Source: Vicugna vicugna | Lineage: Eukaryota | NCBI GenBank assembly: GCA_013265495.1 | Contig: MU058584.1 | Location: 1,958,616-2,022,615 of the forward strand | Direction: 5' to 3' | DNA length: 64,000 bases | Translations under genes and position numbers: made by a program | Notes under the pieces: model-generated | Database searches by the model: none | What the model saw: the letters and a program-made list of their open reading frames with translations, nothing else | What the model was told of the DNA's origin: nothing | In this document: in pieces, positions 63,701 through 64,000 of the stretch | How the letters are laid out: every line of letters begins with the position of its first letter | How positions within the stretch are numbered: position 1 is the stretch's first letter

Positions 63701-64000
63701 CAGCTACTCCAATTTGAGCCCTTCCGAGCATTCTAGGAAGGAAAAGTTATTGCAGTCATTCATGTATTTAAGAGCAGCGTTCTAGAAGGAGGGAAAATAT
63801 GGGGAAGGCTTCTAGCTTGCTTTCCCATTTTTGCAACAAAAGCAGAAGCCTTTGTCACAACATCCCTCACTTTGTCCTTAACCTGTGGTCCTCACCTCTA
63901 CTTGTGCCCCTGGCGGCCACCACTTCCCACATCCTCCCCCCAAACCGGGTCAATAACCATAGCAGCAAAAATAGCAAGCAAGCTGCTCTGCGAACTACCT

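Overview
This window is mammalian non-coding DNA, not microbial. It is AT-rich, CpG-depleted and dense in repeats, with four assembly gaps. Two tRNA-derived SINEs of Vic-1 type and several artiodactyl-type L1 3' ends point to a camelid (alpaca, llama or camel). I can support no protein-coding gene. The ORFs in the track fall in repeats, run across N gaps, or look like chance ORFs. Much of the window is old interspersed repeat: MIR, L2, L1M, MLT1, MER21 and LTR16-type LTRs, MER3, MER58A and MER44. The most gene-like signal is a CpG-enriched, promoter-like segment at about 58.4-60.5 kb with good splice sites on both strands, plus a candidate minus-strand non-coding exon at 26.6 kb. I could not identify the gene. 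Other points of interest are an ancient RTE-clade reverse-transcriptase remnant that still reads through about 60 codons, a 195/185-bp tandem duplication, a tailless internally inverted L1 fragment, a palindromic homeodomain-motif cluster and a two-state hairpin. I found no convincing new biological system. Repeat family names come from my recall of consensus sequences, not from a database search, and boundaries of old repeats are approximate.
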